Below, piece by piece: positions 26,351-38,812 of a stretch of 64,000 nucleotides of DNA. A program made the position numbers and the translations under genes. How positions within the stretch are numbered: position 1 is the first letter of the stretch; every line of letters starts with the position of its first letter. Below the pieces are notes generated by a model. It searched no databases. It saw only the letters and a program-made list of their open reading frames with translations, and was not told the DNA's origin. The DNA comes from Mobula hypostoma (taxonomy: Eukaryota). The stretch covers positions 193,070,001 to 193,134,000 of the forward strand of contig NC_086097.1 of the NCBI RefSeq assembly GCF_963921235.1. Reading direction: 5' to 3'.

Positions 26351-26679
26351 CCTATCTACCTCAGTTCTGAAAATATTCAACAATTCAACCTCTACAGATT
26401 TCTGATCAAGGGTTTCCAAAGTCTCACAACCCTTTTAGAGATAAATTACTTTATTTAAGTGGGTGGGGGTCCCTTTATTCTGTAACTATACCCTCTGACC
26501 CAACACATACCTTCCCATGCCCTATAGAATCTTACATGTTCCAGTCGGCTAACTTCTCATCATTCAGTACCCCAATTTGAAAACACTATATGATCAACCT
26601 TTCCTTATAAAACACCTGGGTTTATCCAAGTATCCAAGTACTGCTTCCAAAAAAGTACATAGCAAAACTGTACCCAGAG

Positions 26680-28372
26680 GCTGACATCGGAACAGATTTC
26701 AAAAGGGATCAGGCCCCAATGGTGTACCTGGCAAGGCACTGAAAAACCTGTGCTAACCAGCTGGCTGGAGTATTCAAAGACAGCTTCAATCTCTCATTGC
26801 TACAGATGGAGGTTCCCACCAGCTTCAAAAGGGCATCAATCATATCGGTGCCAAGAAGAGCGGAGTGAGCTGTTTCAACAACTATCATCAGGTAGCAATG
26901 ACATCTGCTGTGATGAAGTGCTTTGAGAGGTAGGCTATGGCTATAATTAATAACTGCCTAAGCAAGGCCCTTGCACCTGCTGCAATTTGCCTATCAGCAC
27001 AATAGGTCAACAGCAGATACAGTTTCACTGGCTCCACTTGGCTTTGGACTGCCTGGACAAATGCAATCAGACTGCTATTCATTGATTACAGCTTGGTGTT
27101 CAACAACATCATCCCCTCAGTACTAATCAACAAGTTTCAAAACCTGGGCCTCTGTACCTTCTTCTGCAACTGGATCCTTGACTTCCTCATCAGGAGACTC
27201 ATCAGTGTGGATCAGAAATAATATCTCCTCCACACTGACAATCAACATAGGCACACCTCAAGGATGTGTGCTTAGCCCACTGCTCTACTCTTTCTACACT
27301 CATGCCTGTGGAGCTACAAAGCTCAAAATCCATCTATAAGTTTGCTGATGACACTACTGTAGGCAGAATCTCAGATGGTAATGAGGAGGCGTACAAGAAT
27401 GAGATAGGTTAGCTGGTTGAGTGGTGTCAAAACAACAACATCAGTAGTAAAACCAAGGAATTGATTGTGGACTTCAGGAAGGAGAAGTCAGAACACAACA
27501 GTTCTCATTGAAGGGTCAGCGGTGGAAAGGGTGAACAACTTCAAGTTCCTGGGTGTCAACATCTCTGAAAAATTATCCTGGGCCCAACAATTCAGAAGAC
27601 ATGCCAGGGGCTATATTTCATTAGGAGGATGAAGAGATTTAGTATGTCAGCAAAGACTCTAGCAAATTTCTACAGATGTACCGTGGAGAGCATTCTGGCT
27701 AGTTACATCACCATCTGACATACAGTATCAGAAAAGGCTACAGAGGTTTGTAAACTCCAGGAACTCCATTTTGGACTCTAGCTTCCCCACCGTCGAGGAT
27801 GAACACAGAACATAGAACACTACAGCACAATACAGGTCCTTCGGCTCATGATGTGGTGCTGACCTTTCAACCTACTCTGAGATGTAACCCTTCCCTCCTA
27901 CATAGCCCTCCATTTTTCTATCATCCATGTGGCTATCTAAGAGTTTTTTAAATGCCCTTAATGTATCTGCCTCTATCACCACCCCTGGTAGTTTGTTCCA
28001 TGGACCAACTACCCTCTATGTAAAAAACATCTTCAGTAGATGATGCCTCAAGAAGGTGGCATCTATCATTAAGCATCCTCACCACCCAGGATATACTCTC
28101 TTCTCATTACTACCATCAGGGAGTAAGTACGGGAACATGAAGACACACACTCAACATTTTAGGAACTGCTTCTTCCCTTCTGCCATCAGATTTCTGAACA
28201 GACCCTGAACCCTTTGAACACTAGCTCAATTTTTGCTCTCTTTTTGATCTACTTATTTTTTAATATTTCTTTCTGTAAGTTATAGTCAATTTTAATGTAT
28301 GGCACTAGAGTGCTACCATAAAACAACACGTTTCACAAAATACTTCAATGATAATAAACCTGATTCTGAATC
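26680..28372 (+). mobile_element. Rex1/Babar LINE ORF2 remnant (with minus-strand CR1 3' fragment at about 27800-28028)
   Basis: [24 protein letters not shown] and KFADDTTV motifs. 3' AATAAA/CTGATTCTGA tail. Confidence 0.8.
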
Positions 28373-28439
28373 ATTCTGGGTGAGGTGTCACTAGTACCTC
28401 GTGCAATTGTAGTAAGAGTCCCTTACTTTTATGATCCAA

Positions 28440-29390
28440 CTCAAAAATTCAAAGTTCAAAGTAAATTTATTATCACAGTACATATATGTCATCACATACT
28501 GCCCTGAGATTCATTTTCTTGCTGGATTTCACAGTAGATACAAAGAAAAGCAATAGAATCAATAAAAGACAACATGCGAAGACGGGCAAATGTGCAAAAG
28601 ACAACAAATTGTGCAAGTACAAAAAGGACACAATAATAATAAATTAATAAATAATACTGAGAACATGTGTTGTATAGTCTTTGAAAGTGAGTTCATCGGT
28701 TTTGGAATCAGTTCAGTATTGTGGTGAGTGAAAGTATCCACTCTGGCTAAGGAGCCAGTTGGTTAAGCGGGAAAAACTGTTCCTGAACCTGGTGGTGTAT
28801 GACCTATACCTCCTTCCTGATGGCAGCAGCATGGCCTCGATGGTAGGTGTCCTCGATGAGGATGCTGCTTTCTTGTGGTGGGGAGAGCTTTTCATGTGAT
28901 GGACTATGATGTATTTACTATTTCTTGCAGACTTTTCTAACCAAGGACATTGGTATTTCCATACTAGGCCAAGATGCAACCAGTCAATACACTCTCCACC
29001 TTGCATCCATAGTAGATTGTCAAAGTTTTACATGCCAAATCTTCGCAAACTTCTAAGAAAGCAAATGCATTGCTATGCCTTCTTTGTAATGGTACTTACG
29101 TGCTGGACCTGAAACAGATAGACTGAAGTGATAATACTCTATACTTTATACTTTATTGTCGCCAAACAATTGGTACTAGAACGTACAATCATCACAGCAA
29201 TATTTGATGCCAAGGAATTTAAAGTTACTGACCCTCTACACCCCTGATTCTGGCTCATGCAACTTTGGTTTTCTCCTCCTGTAGTGACCAATCACTGCTT
29301 TGTCTTTGCTGATATTGAGTGAGAGGTTGTTGTGTTATCATTCAGCCAGATTTTCAATCTCCATCCTATATGCTGATTCATCACTTCATT
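28440..29390 (-). mobile_element. Rex1/Babar-like LINE 3' remnant
   Basis: ORF 28713-29006 has LLPSGRRYRS...TTRFRNSF. TTCAAAG-type tail. Confidence 0.6.
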
Positions 29391-30733
29391 CGCCCCTTGA
29401 AGGGAAAGTATTTCATTAACCTTCTTGATTAACTGCTGTGCCTCTCTGTTTTTTTAATGAGGACCACAATTTTCAGCACTCTTTTTCCATTTAAATTATA
29501 ATTTGGTTTATTATTGTATCCAAAATGAATAATTTTATGTTTTCCCACAATTCAGACTCAGGTTTAATATCACTGGCACATGTCGTGAAATTTGTTAATT
29601 TATAAGTCATATTCATGTAATAAACAAGTTTCATTTTTATAGACATCCATAAGTCTACTTTATTCTTAAGTTGAAAGATAACAAAAATCATTTAATATAG
29701 TAACCATACATCCATCGCATTGTAATGAATGGCATCAATAGCACGTGAGACTGATAGGAAGAACAATTACAAACTTTTAAATTTAACAGTATGGGATCTC
29801 ATTCGTATGCAGGTGTGTCCATAAATTGGGTGTTCAAAACCCATAGGCACCATTTAAATAATGTAGCATTTTATATTTGTCCTATGTTTGTCCTTGGCGC
29901 ATGGAACATATTCCAAGGATGTTTATCCTTATTGCTCATAGATAACAAAATAACTCGTCAATAACACAACTCCGTATGTAATGGCCCTTTTTAGCTCTGA
30001 TCTAATTAGTACACTTGTGCCTGGGAACACATTTTAACTTATCCTATAATAACACTGAAGAGGGTATTTCACTCATCAGAACCTTATCAGCTCCAATAGT
30101 ATCAGTCCTCTTAGGCTACGTCCACACTAGACCGGATAATTTTGAAAACGGTTTCACGTAAGAACGATAGGCGTCCACACCAAGCGTTTTTGAAAATACC
30201 TCTGTCCACATTAAAACGGGTATTTGGGTGAATCTCCTCCTACTGGGCATGCGCAGGACACATCTACAGAAAACAAGCGACATGTTTGGTGTTGAATCTT
30301 GCTGTGAAAGTGCACGTATGTGCAGTTACAGACTAGAAAAACTTAAAAGGAAATTGCCAAACAAGGTACAGCTGCAGGAGGACTTAAAACTAAAAAAAAC
30401 AAATACTAGAGTGTATGGAGGCAACCAACGGGGAGTTCACGGACAGTATGACCTGGCTGACGACGAACATTGAAAAACTGACTAACTCTGTTGCATTAGT
30501 AAAGCACCTGGTTAAATGTATAAAACATGTCCGCATCAGTGTTATCTTGTATTTCCATACAATGTTACATTAGGCTGTTACACATCTATTGTCAGAGAAG
30601 TACTTGCATAAATAGGTAAACTACCTTCATACAAGCAAGGACAGAAAACAGGGCAAGGTGAGTATACTTATTTATTCAGTAAGTTATGGGTCAAAGTATT
30701 TGGTGAGTACATTTCTAACTCATCTGGCTTCAT

Positions 30734-31180
30734 AAACAACAGAAATTCTGCAGATGCTGGAAATTCAAGCAACACACATCAAAGTTGCTGGTGAAAGCAG
30801 CAGGCAGCCTGGAGATTATTTATTTTTATACACACATTCTTTCTCTCACTCTCTTTTTTCTCCCTCTGTCCCTCTGACAATACCCCTTGCCCATCCTCTG
30901 GGTTCCCCCCCCTCTTGTCTTTCTTCCCGGACCTCCTGTCCCATGATCCTCTCATATCCCCTTTGCCAATCACCTGTCCAGCTCTTGGCTCCATCCCTCC
31001 CCCTCCTGTCTTCTCCTATCATTTTGAATCTCCCCCTCCCCCTCCCACTTTCAAATCTCTTACTAACTCTTCCTTCAGTTGGTCCTGACGAAGGGTCTTG
31101 GCCTGAAACGTCGATTGTACCTCTTCCTAGAGATGCTGCCTGGCCTGCTGCGTTCACCAGCAACTTTGACGTGTGTTGCT
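30734..31180 (+). mobile_element. Penelope-like pseudo-LTR with short inverted 5' copy, nested in Harbinger element
   Basis: 11-bp TSD TCTGGCTTCAT at 30723-30733 and 31181-31191. Hammerhead core at 31081-31116. Confidence 0.88.
31081..31116 (+). ncRNA. Minimal type I hammerhead ribozyme motif
   Basis: GGTC-CTGACGA-AGGGTCTTGGCCT-GAAA-CG-TC-GATT. Intact catalytic core. Confidence 0.7.
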
Positions 31181-31934
31181 TCTGGCTTCATTCTCGTTGC
31201 CATCTGTTCTGAAATTGTTAGGTTGTGTGGGGAGTTGCGTTCATGAAAACAATGAAATGCCACGCTGTTCCGGCATGTCATGACAGCGTTTTTAGAAATC
31301 TCTGGTTACCCCGCCCACACCGCTCTGCACAATTGGCGTTTTCAAATTTACACGCTCTGGAGGAAAGCTCTGTTTTCGGGGGAGAAAAATGCCGTTTCAG
31401 TGTGGACGGAGGGTCAAAGTGAAGAGAAAAAGCTTCGGTTACAGATTTATCCGGTCCAGTGTGGACATAGCCTTAGTCCCCACTCCCCTTTTCCTTCCAA
31501 CACGATTTATTCTCTCCCATATGCCCATCGACACCTCCTCAATTGTTTTTGCCTTGAACTTACATTAGGTTAATTGGCTAACATAACCTAACAATTAACC
31601 CAACAGCATTCCTTTGAGTTCCTGTGCATCCTTTGCACCTGGTCAGAAAAGAAAATGCTAATCAGAGCCAATGGGAAATGAATGAAATTTTGTAGATCAG
31701 CATAAACCAAGACAGAGTGCAAGACATAAAATGGCACTCGCTGATTTATAATGCAGCATTTAATTTAACCATGGCAAATGAGGCAGTAGAAGTTTAGTGT
31801 TTGACCTTTAAAACACAGTAATGTATTTGTGGTTTGCCCTAATACTTAATGTACTGCAATACCTTTAGTGTTGTGAAAGGGCTCCTGTTATATCATTGGA
31901 ACCCATTATGTTACTATACATATGGATGGCTTTA

Positions 31935-32670
31935 TCTGCTTAAGAACAGAAATGGGCCATCCTGACCCGTCAAGCCTGCTCCGCCATTCAATAAGATCAT
32001 GGCTGATCTGGCTATGGGATCATCTCCAACTACCTGCCTTTTCCCCATAACCCTTAATTCCCCTACTATACAAGCATCTATTGTACCTTGTCTTAAATAT
32101 ATCTGCTGAGGTAACCTCCACTGCTTCACTGTTTAAATATCCTGTATGTTTGATTTTGAACCAGGAAAGCATTAAAATCACTCCTCACATCTTGGCATTG
32201 GTATTGCTTTATCATTGTCACATGTACAAGCATACAGTGAGAAGCTTGTTTTGCAAACTGTTTATACAGATGAAATTATTACTTGCAGCATTGAGCTCAA
32301 ATAAGGTAAAATAATAAAAATGCAGAATAAAATGTAAAAGCTACTGAAAGAGTTCAGTGCAGGTAAACAATAAATTACAAGATCATAACTAGGTAGATTA
32401 CAAGATCAAGAGTCCATCGTATTGCACAAGGGGTCTGTTCGAGAGTCTCCTATTAGTGAGTTAGAGGCTGTCCAATAAAGCAGTGGAGGCTACCTCAGTA
32501 AATATATTTAAGACAAGATTAGATAGGTTTTTGCATCATAGGGGAATGAAGGGTTATGGGGAAAAGGAAGATGAGTCTATGGTCAGATCAGCCATGATCT
32601 TACTGAATGACGGAGCAGGCTCGATGGGCCAGATGGATTACTCCTGCTCCTATTTCTTATGTCCTTGTGT
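31935..32670. mobile_element. Two CR1 3' fragments in inverted orientation (about 31935-32130 minus, 32470-32670 plus)
   Basis: AGATCAGCCATGATCTTA...GGAGCAGGCT block present on both strands. Confidence 0.7.
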
Positions 32671-32806
32671 TCTTATATTCTTATGCCTTTGAGCCTGGTG
32701 GTACTAAATTACCTAGTTTCTTAGGTGGTATATGTTTTATATGTAAGGTGGTGTATTAAAATTGTAGGATAAATTGTATGATGTTGACAGTAACAAATGA
32801 CAGTAC

Positions 32807-32900
32807 CTGCTCAGTTGATCAAAAGCAGTGAACTGCCTTCCATTCAGTTGCTGGAGTGCAGCTGTGGAGGTGAGTTGAAAGGCATACTTCCCATATTTGG
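32807..32900 (-). other. Putative exon (94 nt) of a minus-strand transcript
   Basis: Strong acceptor tttactttgttctctcag|C and donor CAG|gtactg. One open frame (KYGKYAFQLTSTAALQQLNGRQFTAFDQLS), not recognised. Confidence 0.4.
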
Positions 32901-33549
32901 CTGAGAGAACAAAGTAAACATCCAAGCTTAATTGGATATCTATTATTAAACAACGTTTCCCATTGTTTTTCAATTTCAATACATTTGTCTGTTATTAACA
33001 TTTCCTTTCAAACATAACAAATGCAGAAATCTTGTATTAGAAGCAGCAGCACCAGCTCATTTACATTGAATTATTGCTGCTAAAACTGTGTGCATTTGAT
33101 GCTACCATCATAAAAAAAAGTTATAAAATCTGAAAACCATGTTACCCCACATATAACATCTGAAAAACAAGATAATTTAGTTAATAGTGTATGTCTAATT
33201 AAACCAAATGAAATGAGGCATTTCTCTGTATATTTCAAATGTATATGTGACAAATACAGCTCATCTTTAATCTGTTCATTGTCTTTTTGACTCTCAGAAG
33301 AACTTTGCATTGCTACTTACAGATTTATCCCTCTCATTCTGGCAGGAGTGGTAGGAAAAAGCTTGCTGAAATGTGTTGCAGTGCTGTGGCCATTTTTTTT
33401 GTTCTCCATCATATATATTTACATTTTTCACACAATTTCATTGACTAAATAAACAGTTTTTGATAGATGGGAGTGAAGAAGAATAAATGGGTTAACCAGA
33501 AAATAATTTAATAAATAATTTATAACACCAGCACAATTATTGCACTTAC

Positions 33550-33907
33550 TCGGTGCATAACATAAAAAACACATATATTACTCAGATTATTGCTGGACTA
33601 TTACTAGAATTATTCAATACTTTACATATTAACAACAATAAAACTGAATCTGAGTTTCCCAAATGTATCATCCAGTTTTTCAAAGTAGGAAAGTCCCAAA
33701 CTTGATTGTTGATCTGCAATTTGAACTGTCACAACTGGAGCAATGGCAGCATGGCAACCAGGAAATGCCTTTGCCAATGTAAGCTAGTCTTGATAGTTTT
33801 CTGGTGCTCATGCTGCAAAGTTTCTACAGACGCTGCACATGGCTCAGCGACAATTTCTCCAAAGCCTAGTTCACTTATTGCACTACAACTAACTAAAATA
33901 ATTAAGC
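33550..33907 (-). other. Putative exon of a minus-strand transcript
   Basis: Acceptor ttttttttgtcccag|G and donor CGA|gtaagt. Stops in all three frames. Confidence 0.3.
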
Positions 33908-34253
33908 CTGGGACAAAAAAAAATTCTCCTTCAAGAAGAATTATTTGCCATAAGGCTTGGTAGTATAAATTTGGTGAAACTAAAATCAGCACAATAATAT
34001 CAGCAACTTCCATAGATAGTCCTGAGTCAAAAGCTTATGGGTTCAAGTCCAGTCCAGATTCTTGTGCACACCGATCTTGACTGATATTCCATCTGAGGGA
34101 GTGTTCCATTGTTGGAACTGATGTATTTCAAATGAGTCTCTAAAAGGTGGACCTATCAGATGTCCATTCACCCTGATCAGGTCCTTTCTAACCATTCATT
34201 GTATCTACCTCTAAAATTCTTATAAACAGCATGTTACAGGTTATGTAACAAAG

Positions 34254-35976
34254 GAAATGGGGGAGATCTTAAATAGGTTTTTTGCGTCTGTATTTACTAA
34301 GGAAGCTGGCATGAAATCTATGGAATTGAGGAAATCAAGTAGTGAGACCATGGAAAATGTACAGATTGAAAAGGAGGAGGTGCTTGCTGTCTTGACGAAA
34401 ATTAAAGTGGATAAATCCCCGGGACCTGACAGAGTGTTCCCTCAGACCTTGAAGGAGACTAGTATTGAAATTGCGGGGGCCCTGGCAGAAATATTTAAAA
34501 TGTCGCTGTCTACGGGTGAAGTGCCGGAGGATTGGAGAGTGGCTCATGTTGTTCCATTGTTTAAAAAAGGATCGAAAAGTAATCCGGGAGGCCGGTGAGT
34601 TTAACGTCAGTAGTAGGTAAGTTATTGGAGGGAGTACTAAGAGACAGAATCTACAAGCATTTGGATAGACAGGGGCTTATTAGGGAGAGTCAACATGGCT
34701 TTGTGCGTGGTAGGTCATGTTTGACCAATCTGTTGGAGTTTTTTGAGGAGGTTACCAGGAAAGTGGATGAAGGGAAGGCAGTGGATATTGTCTACATGGA
34801 CTTCAGTAAGGCCTTTGACAAGGTCCTGCGTGGGAGGTTAGTTAGGAAAATTCAGTCGCTTGGTATACATGGAGAGGTGGTAAATTGGATTAGACATTGG
34901 CTTAATGGAAGAAGCCAGAGAGTGGTGGTAGGGAATTGCTTCTCTGAGTGGAGGCCTGTGACTAGTGGTGTGCCTCAGGGATCAGTGCTGGGTCCATTGT
35001 TATTTGTCATCTATATCAATGATCTGGATGATAATGTGGTAAACTGGATCAGCAAATTTGCTGATGATACAAAGATTGGAGGTGTAGTAGACAGTGAGGA
35101 AGGTTTTCAGAACCTGCAGAGGGACTTGGACCAGCTGGAAAAATGGGCTGAAAAATGGCAGATGGAGTTTAATACAGACAGTGTGAGGTATTGCAGGTTG
35201 GAAGGACAAACCAAGGTAGAACATACAGGGTTAATGGTAAGGCACTGAGGAGTGCAGTGGAACAGAGGGATCTGGGAATACAGATACAAAATTCCCTAAA
35301 AGTGGCGTCACAGGTAGATAGGGTCGTAAAGAGAGCTTTTGGTACATTGGCCTTTATTAACCAAAGTATTGAATATAAGAGCTGGAATGTTATGATGAGG
35401 TTGTATAAGGTATTGGTGAGGCCGAATCTGGAGTATTGTGTTCAGTTTTGGTCACCAAATTACAGGAAGGATATAAATAAGGTTGAAAGAGTGCAGAGAA
35501 GGTTTACAAGGATGTTGCCGGGACTTGAAAACTCAGTTACAGAGAAAGGTTGAATAGGTTAGGACTTTATTCCCTGGAGCGTAGAAGAATGAGGGGAGAT
35601 TTGATAGTGGTATATAAAATTATGATGGGTATAGATAGAGTGAATGCAAGCAGGCTTTTTCCACTGAGGCAAAGGGAGAAAAAAACCAGAGGACATGGGT
35701 TAAGGGTAAGGGGGGAAAAGTTTAAAGGGAACATTAGGGAGGGCTTCTTCACACAGAGAGTGGTGGGAGTATGGAATGAGCTGCCAGACGAGGTGGTAAA
35801 TGCGGGTTCTTTTTTAACATTTAAGAATAAATTGGACAGATACATGGATGGGAGGTGTATGGAGGGATATGGTCCGTGTGCAGGTCAGTGGGACTAGGCA
35901 GAAAATGGTTCGGCACAGCCAAGAAGGGCCAAAGGGCCTGTTTCTGTGCTGTAGTTTCTATGGTTCTATGGTTCTA
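34254..35976 (+). mobile_element. CR1 LINE, 5'-truncated (RT + 3' UTR)
   Basis: KSPGPD, QHGFVRGRSC, DFSKAFD, GVPQGSVLGP and FADD motifs. (TTCTATGG)n tail. Several frameshifts. Confidence 0.95.
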
Positions 35977-36999
35977 TTAGTGCTCAAAGCATGTAAACGT
36001 TTTTCATTGTCTTCCCTCTGTGTTCCTTGCACACAATCCTTAAATTTGTGTCCTTTAAGTCTTTGTACAATCAACTTTATTTTGTTTATCAATCTATCAC
36101 AATCTTTTATAAGTGAGCAAATCTTCCCTCGATCTCCTTTGCTTCAAAGAGAACAGCTCCAGCTTCTTTAATATTGCAGCTTAAATTTCTCATCGCTAGA
36201 ATAGTTCTGGTAAATTCCCTTCGGATCCACTTCAGGACTTTTACATCATTTCTTAAATATAATCATCAAAACTTGATATGGCTTAACCAAAATTTAAAAA
36301 GGAGTAACACCCCTTAGTACTGCACAATTAAATTAATATTGCTGGCTTCCATGCTCCAGTCTAACAGAATAATTATTCTTTAATAAAAACAGAAAATGCT
36401 GGCCAAATAGCATCCGTGGAACGAACAACCGTTAACATGTCAGTTTCTGGACTCTAACTCCATGCTGAGAGAGAGAAAAGTGTCAGTTTAACTAGCAGCA
36501 AAGATGAGGGAGATAGGCGATGAATAAAGCAATAGAATTGTTTCTGATAAGATGAAATAATGAGACAGAAGTTTACACGCACCTTAGCCAAATACTCTTA
36601 AACTCAGTTTTTCACAATTCCTGACATTTAATCCTAGAAAACATTCCCTGTCTTGGGTCAGTTAGGATCACTACTTTATTTTAAGAATGTGAAATGTCAG
36701 CATAATAGTAGAGAGAATGATTTATTTCAGCTTTTATTTCTTTCATCACTTTCCCAGTGGGTCAGAAGTTTACATGCACTTTGTTAGTATTTGGTAGCAC
36801 TGCCTTTAAATTGTTTAACTTGGGTCAAACATTTTGGGTTGCCTTCCACAAGCTTCTCACAGTAAGTTGCTGGAATTTTGTTCCATTCCTCCAGACAGAA
36901 CTGGTGTAACTGAGTCAGGTTTGTAGGCCTCCTTGCTTGCACACGCTTTTTCAGTTCTGCCCACAAATTTTCTATCGGATTGAGGTCAGAAAATGATGT

Positions 37000-37962
37000 C
37001 AAGTTTGGTTCATCCTTGGGAGCAATTTCCAAACACCTGAAGGTACCACGTTCATCTGTACAAACAATAGTACGCAAGTATAAACACTATGAGACCACAC
37101 AGCCGTCATACCCCTCAAGAAGGAGACGCATTCTGTTTCCTAGAGATGAACCTACTTCGGCACGAAAAGTGCAAATTAATCCCAGAACAACAGCAAAGGA
37201 CCTTGTGAAGATGCTGGAGGAAACAGGTAGACAAGTATCTATCTCCACAGTAAAACCAGTCCTATATCGACATATCCTGGAAGGCTGCTCAGCAAGGAAA
37301 AAGCCATTGCTCCAAAACCGTCATTAAAAAGCCAGACTGCAGTTTACAAGTGCACATTGGGACAAAGATCTTACTTTTTGGAGAAATGTCCTCTGCTCTG
37401 ATGGAACAAAAATTGAACTGTTTGGCCATAATGACCATCATTATGTTTTGAGGAAAAAGGGTGAGGCTTGCATGCTAAAGAACACCATCTCAACCGTGAA
37501 GCATGGGGGTGGCAGCATCATGTTGTGGGGGTGCTTTGCTGCAGGAGGGACTGGTGCATTTCACAAAATAGATGCATCATGAGGAAGGAAAGTTATGTGG
37601 ATATATTGAAGCAACATCTCAAGACATAAGCCAGGAAGTTAAAGCTCAGTCGCAAATGGGTCTTCCAAATGGACAATGACTCCAAGCATACCTCCAAAGT
37701 TGTGGCAAAATTGCTTAAGGACAACAAAGTCAAGGTACTGGAGTGGCCATCACAAAGCCCTGACCTCATGCCGATCGAAAATTTGTGGGCAGAACTGAAA
37801 AAGCGTGTGCAAGCAAGGAGGCCTACAAACCTGACTCAGTTACACCAGTTCTGTCTGGAGGAATGGAACAAAATTCCAGCAACTTACTGTGAGGAGCTTG
37901 TGGATAGCTACCCAAAACATTTGACCCAAGTTAAACAATTTAAAAGCAATACTACCAAATAC
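37000..37962 (+). pseudogene. Tc1 (DD34E) transposase pseudogene lacking about the first 20 codons
   Basis: ORFs 36980-37327 and 37669-38022, with intervening [10 protein letters not shown] and [20 protein letters not shown]. Contains stops and a frameshift. Confidence 0.92.
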
Positions 37963-38017
37963 TATCAAAGTGTATGTAAACTTCTGACCCACTGGGAAAG
38001 TGATAAAATAAATAAAA

Positions 38018-38120
38018 TTTAAGGTGGGAGGGTTATATGGGAGGCAGGGTTTGAGGGTCGGCACAACAATGTGGCCCGAAGGGCCTGTACTGTGCTGTAC
38101 TATTCTATGTTCTATGTTCT
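38018..38120 (+). mobile_element. CR1 3' tail inserted in the right IR-DR of the Tc1 element
   Basis: Matches the 3' UTR of the CR1 at 16414-16510. (TTCTATG)n tail. TSD ATAAAA. Confidence 0.85.
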
Positions 38121-38391
38121 ATAAAAGCTGAAATAAATCATTCTCTCTATTATTCTGACATTTCACATTCTTAAAATAAAGTAGTGATCCTAACTGACCT
38201 AGGACAGGAAATGTTTTCTAGGATTAAATCTCAGGAATTGTGAAAAACTGAGTTTCAATGTATTTGGCTAAGGTGTATGTAAACTTCTGACTTCAACTGT
38301 AAGCACAATTAATTTCAGATTAAGCTACTACAATCCCAGACAGTTAGAGATTGCTGAATGTTATAAATTCCAGATAAATATGCAGAGGATA

Positions 38392-38812
38392 GAGAGAACC
38401 CTCAGGAGCAACATGTTATATTCTATCTGGTTAGCCTCCAACCTGATGGCATGAATATCGACTTCTTCTTCCGGTATATGAAAATTTCCCTCCTCCTCTC
38501 CTCTTCTTCTATTTCTCTGACCACTTATCTCTTCTCTCCTGCCTATCACCTGCCCCTGGTGCCCCTCCTCCTTTCCATTCTCCTATGATAAACTAGCCTC
38601 TCCTATCAGGTTCCTCCCTCTCCAGCCCTTTACCTTTCCCACTCTCCGAGCTTCACCTCTCACCTTCTAGCTGTCCTCCTTCCCCTCCCCCACCCCCCAA
38701 CCTTTTTATTCTGGCCTTCCATTCTAGTCCTGACGAAGGACCAAAATGTCGACTTTATATTCATTTCCATGGATGCTATCTGACCTGCTGAGTTCCTCCA
38801 GCACTTTGTGTA
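38392..38812 (+). mobile_element. Penelope-like 3' end / pseudo-LTR
   Basis: EQHVIFYL..SLQPDGMNIDF-like end, pyrimidine-rich UTR, and a CTGACGA core with deleted stem II. Confidence 0.8.

Larger units (their letters stand above)
30114..31472. mobile_element. Non-autonomous PIF/Harbinger-type DNA transposon
   Basis: Imperfect ~26-bp TIRs GGCTACGTCCACACTAGACCGGATAA / TTATCCGGTCCAGTGTGGACATAGCC, flanked by 3-bp TSD TTA. Confidence 0.85.
36566..38299 (+). mobile_element. Tc1 transposon of the Sleeping Beauty/salmonid IR-DR subfamily, rearranged
   Basis: Transposase remnants SSLGAISKHLKVPRSSVQTIVRKYKH, VQINPRTTAKDLVKMLEETG and WPSQSPDL.PIENLWAELKKRV, ending TKY. Right IR-DR ends TGTATGTAAACTTCTGACTTCAACTG followed by TA. 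Confidence 0.95.

Noticed and set aside
33860..33907. UAGUGCAAUA (miR-454/130-like seed) on the minus strand
   Set aside because: The rest of the sequence does not match and the seed sits at the loop of a weak hairpin.
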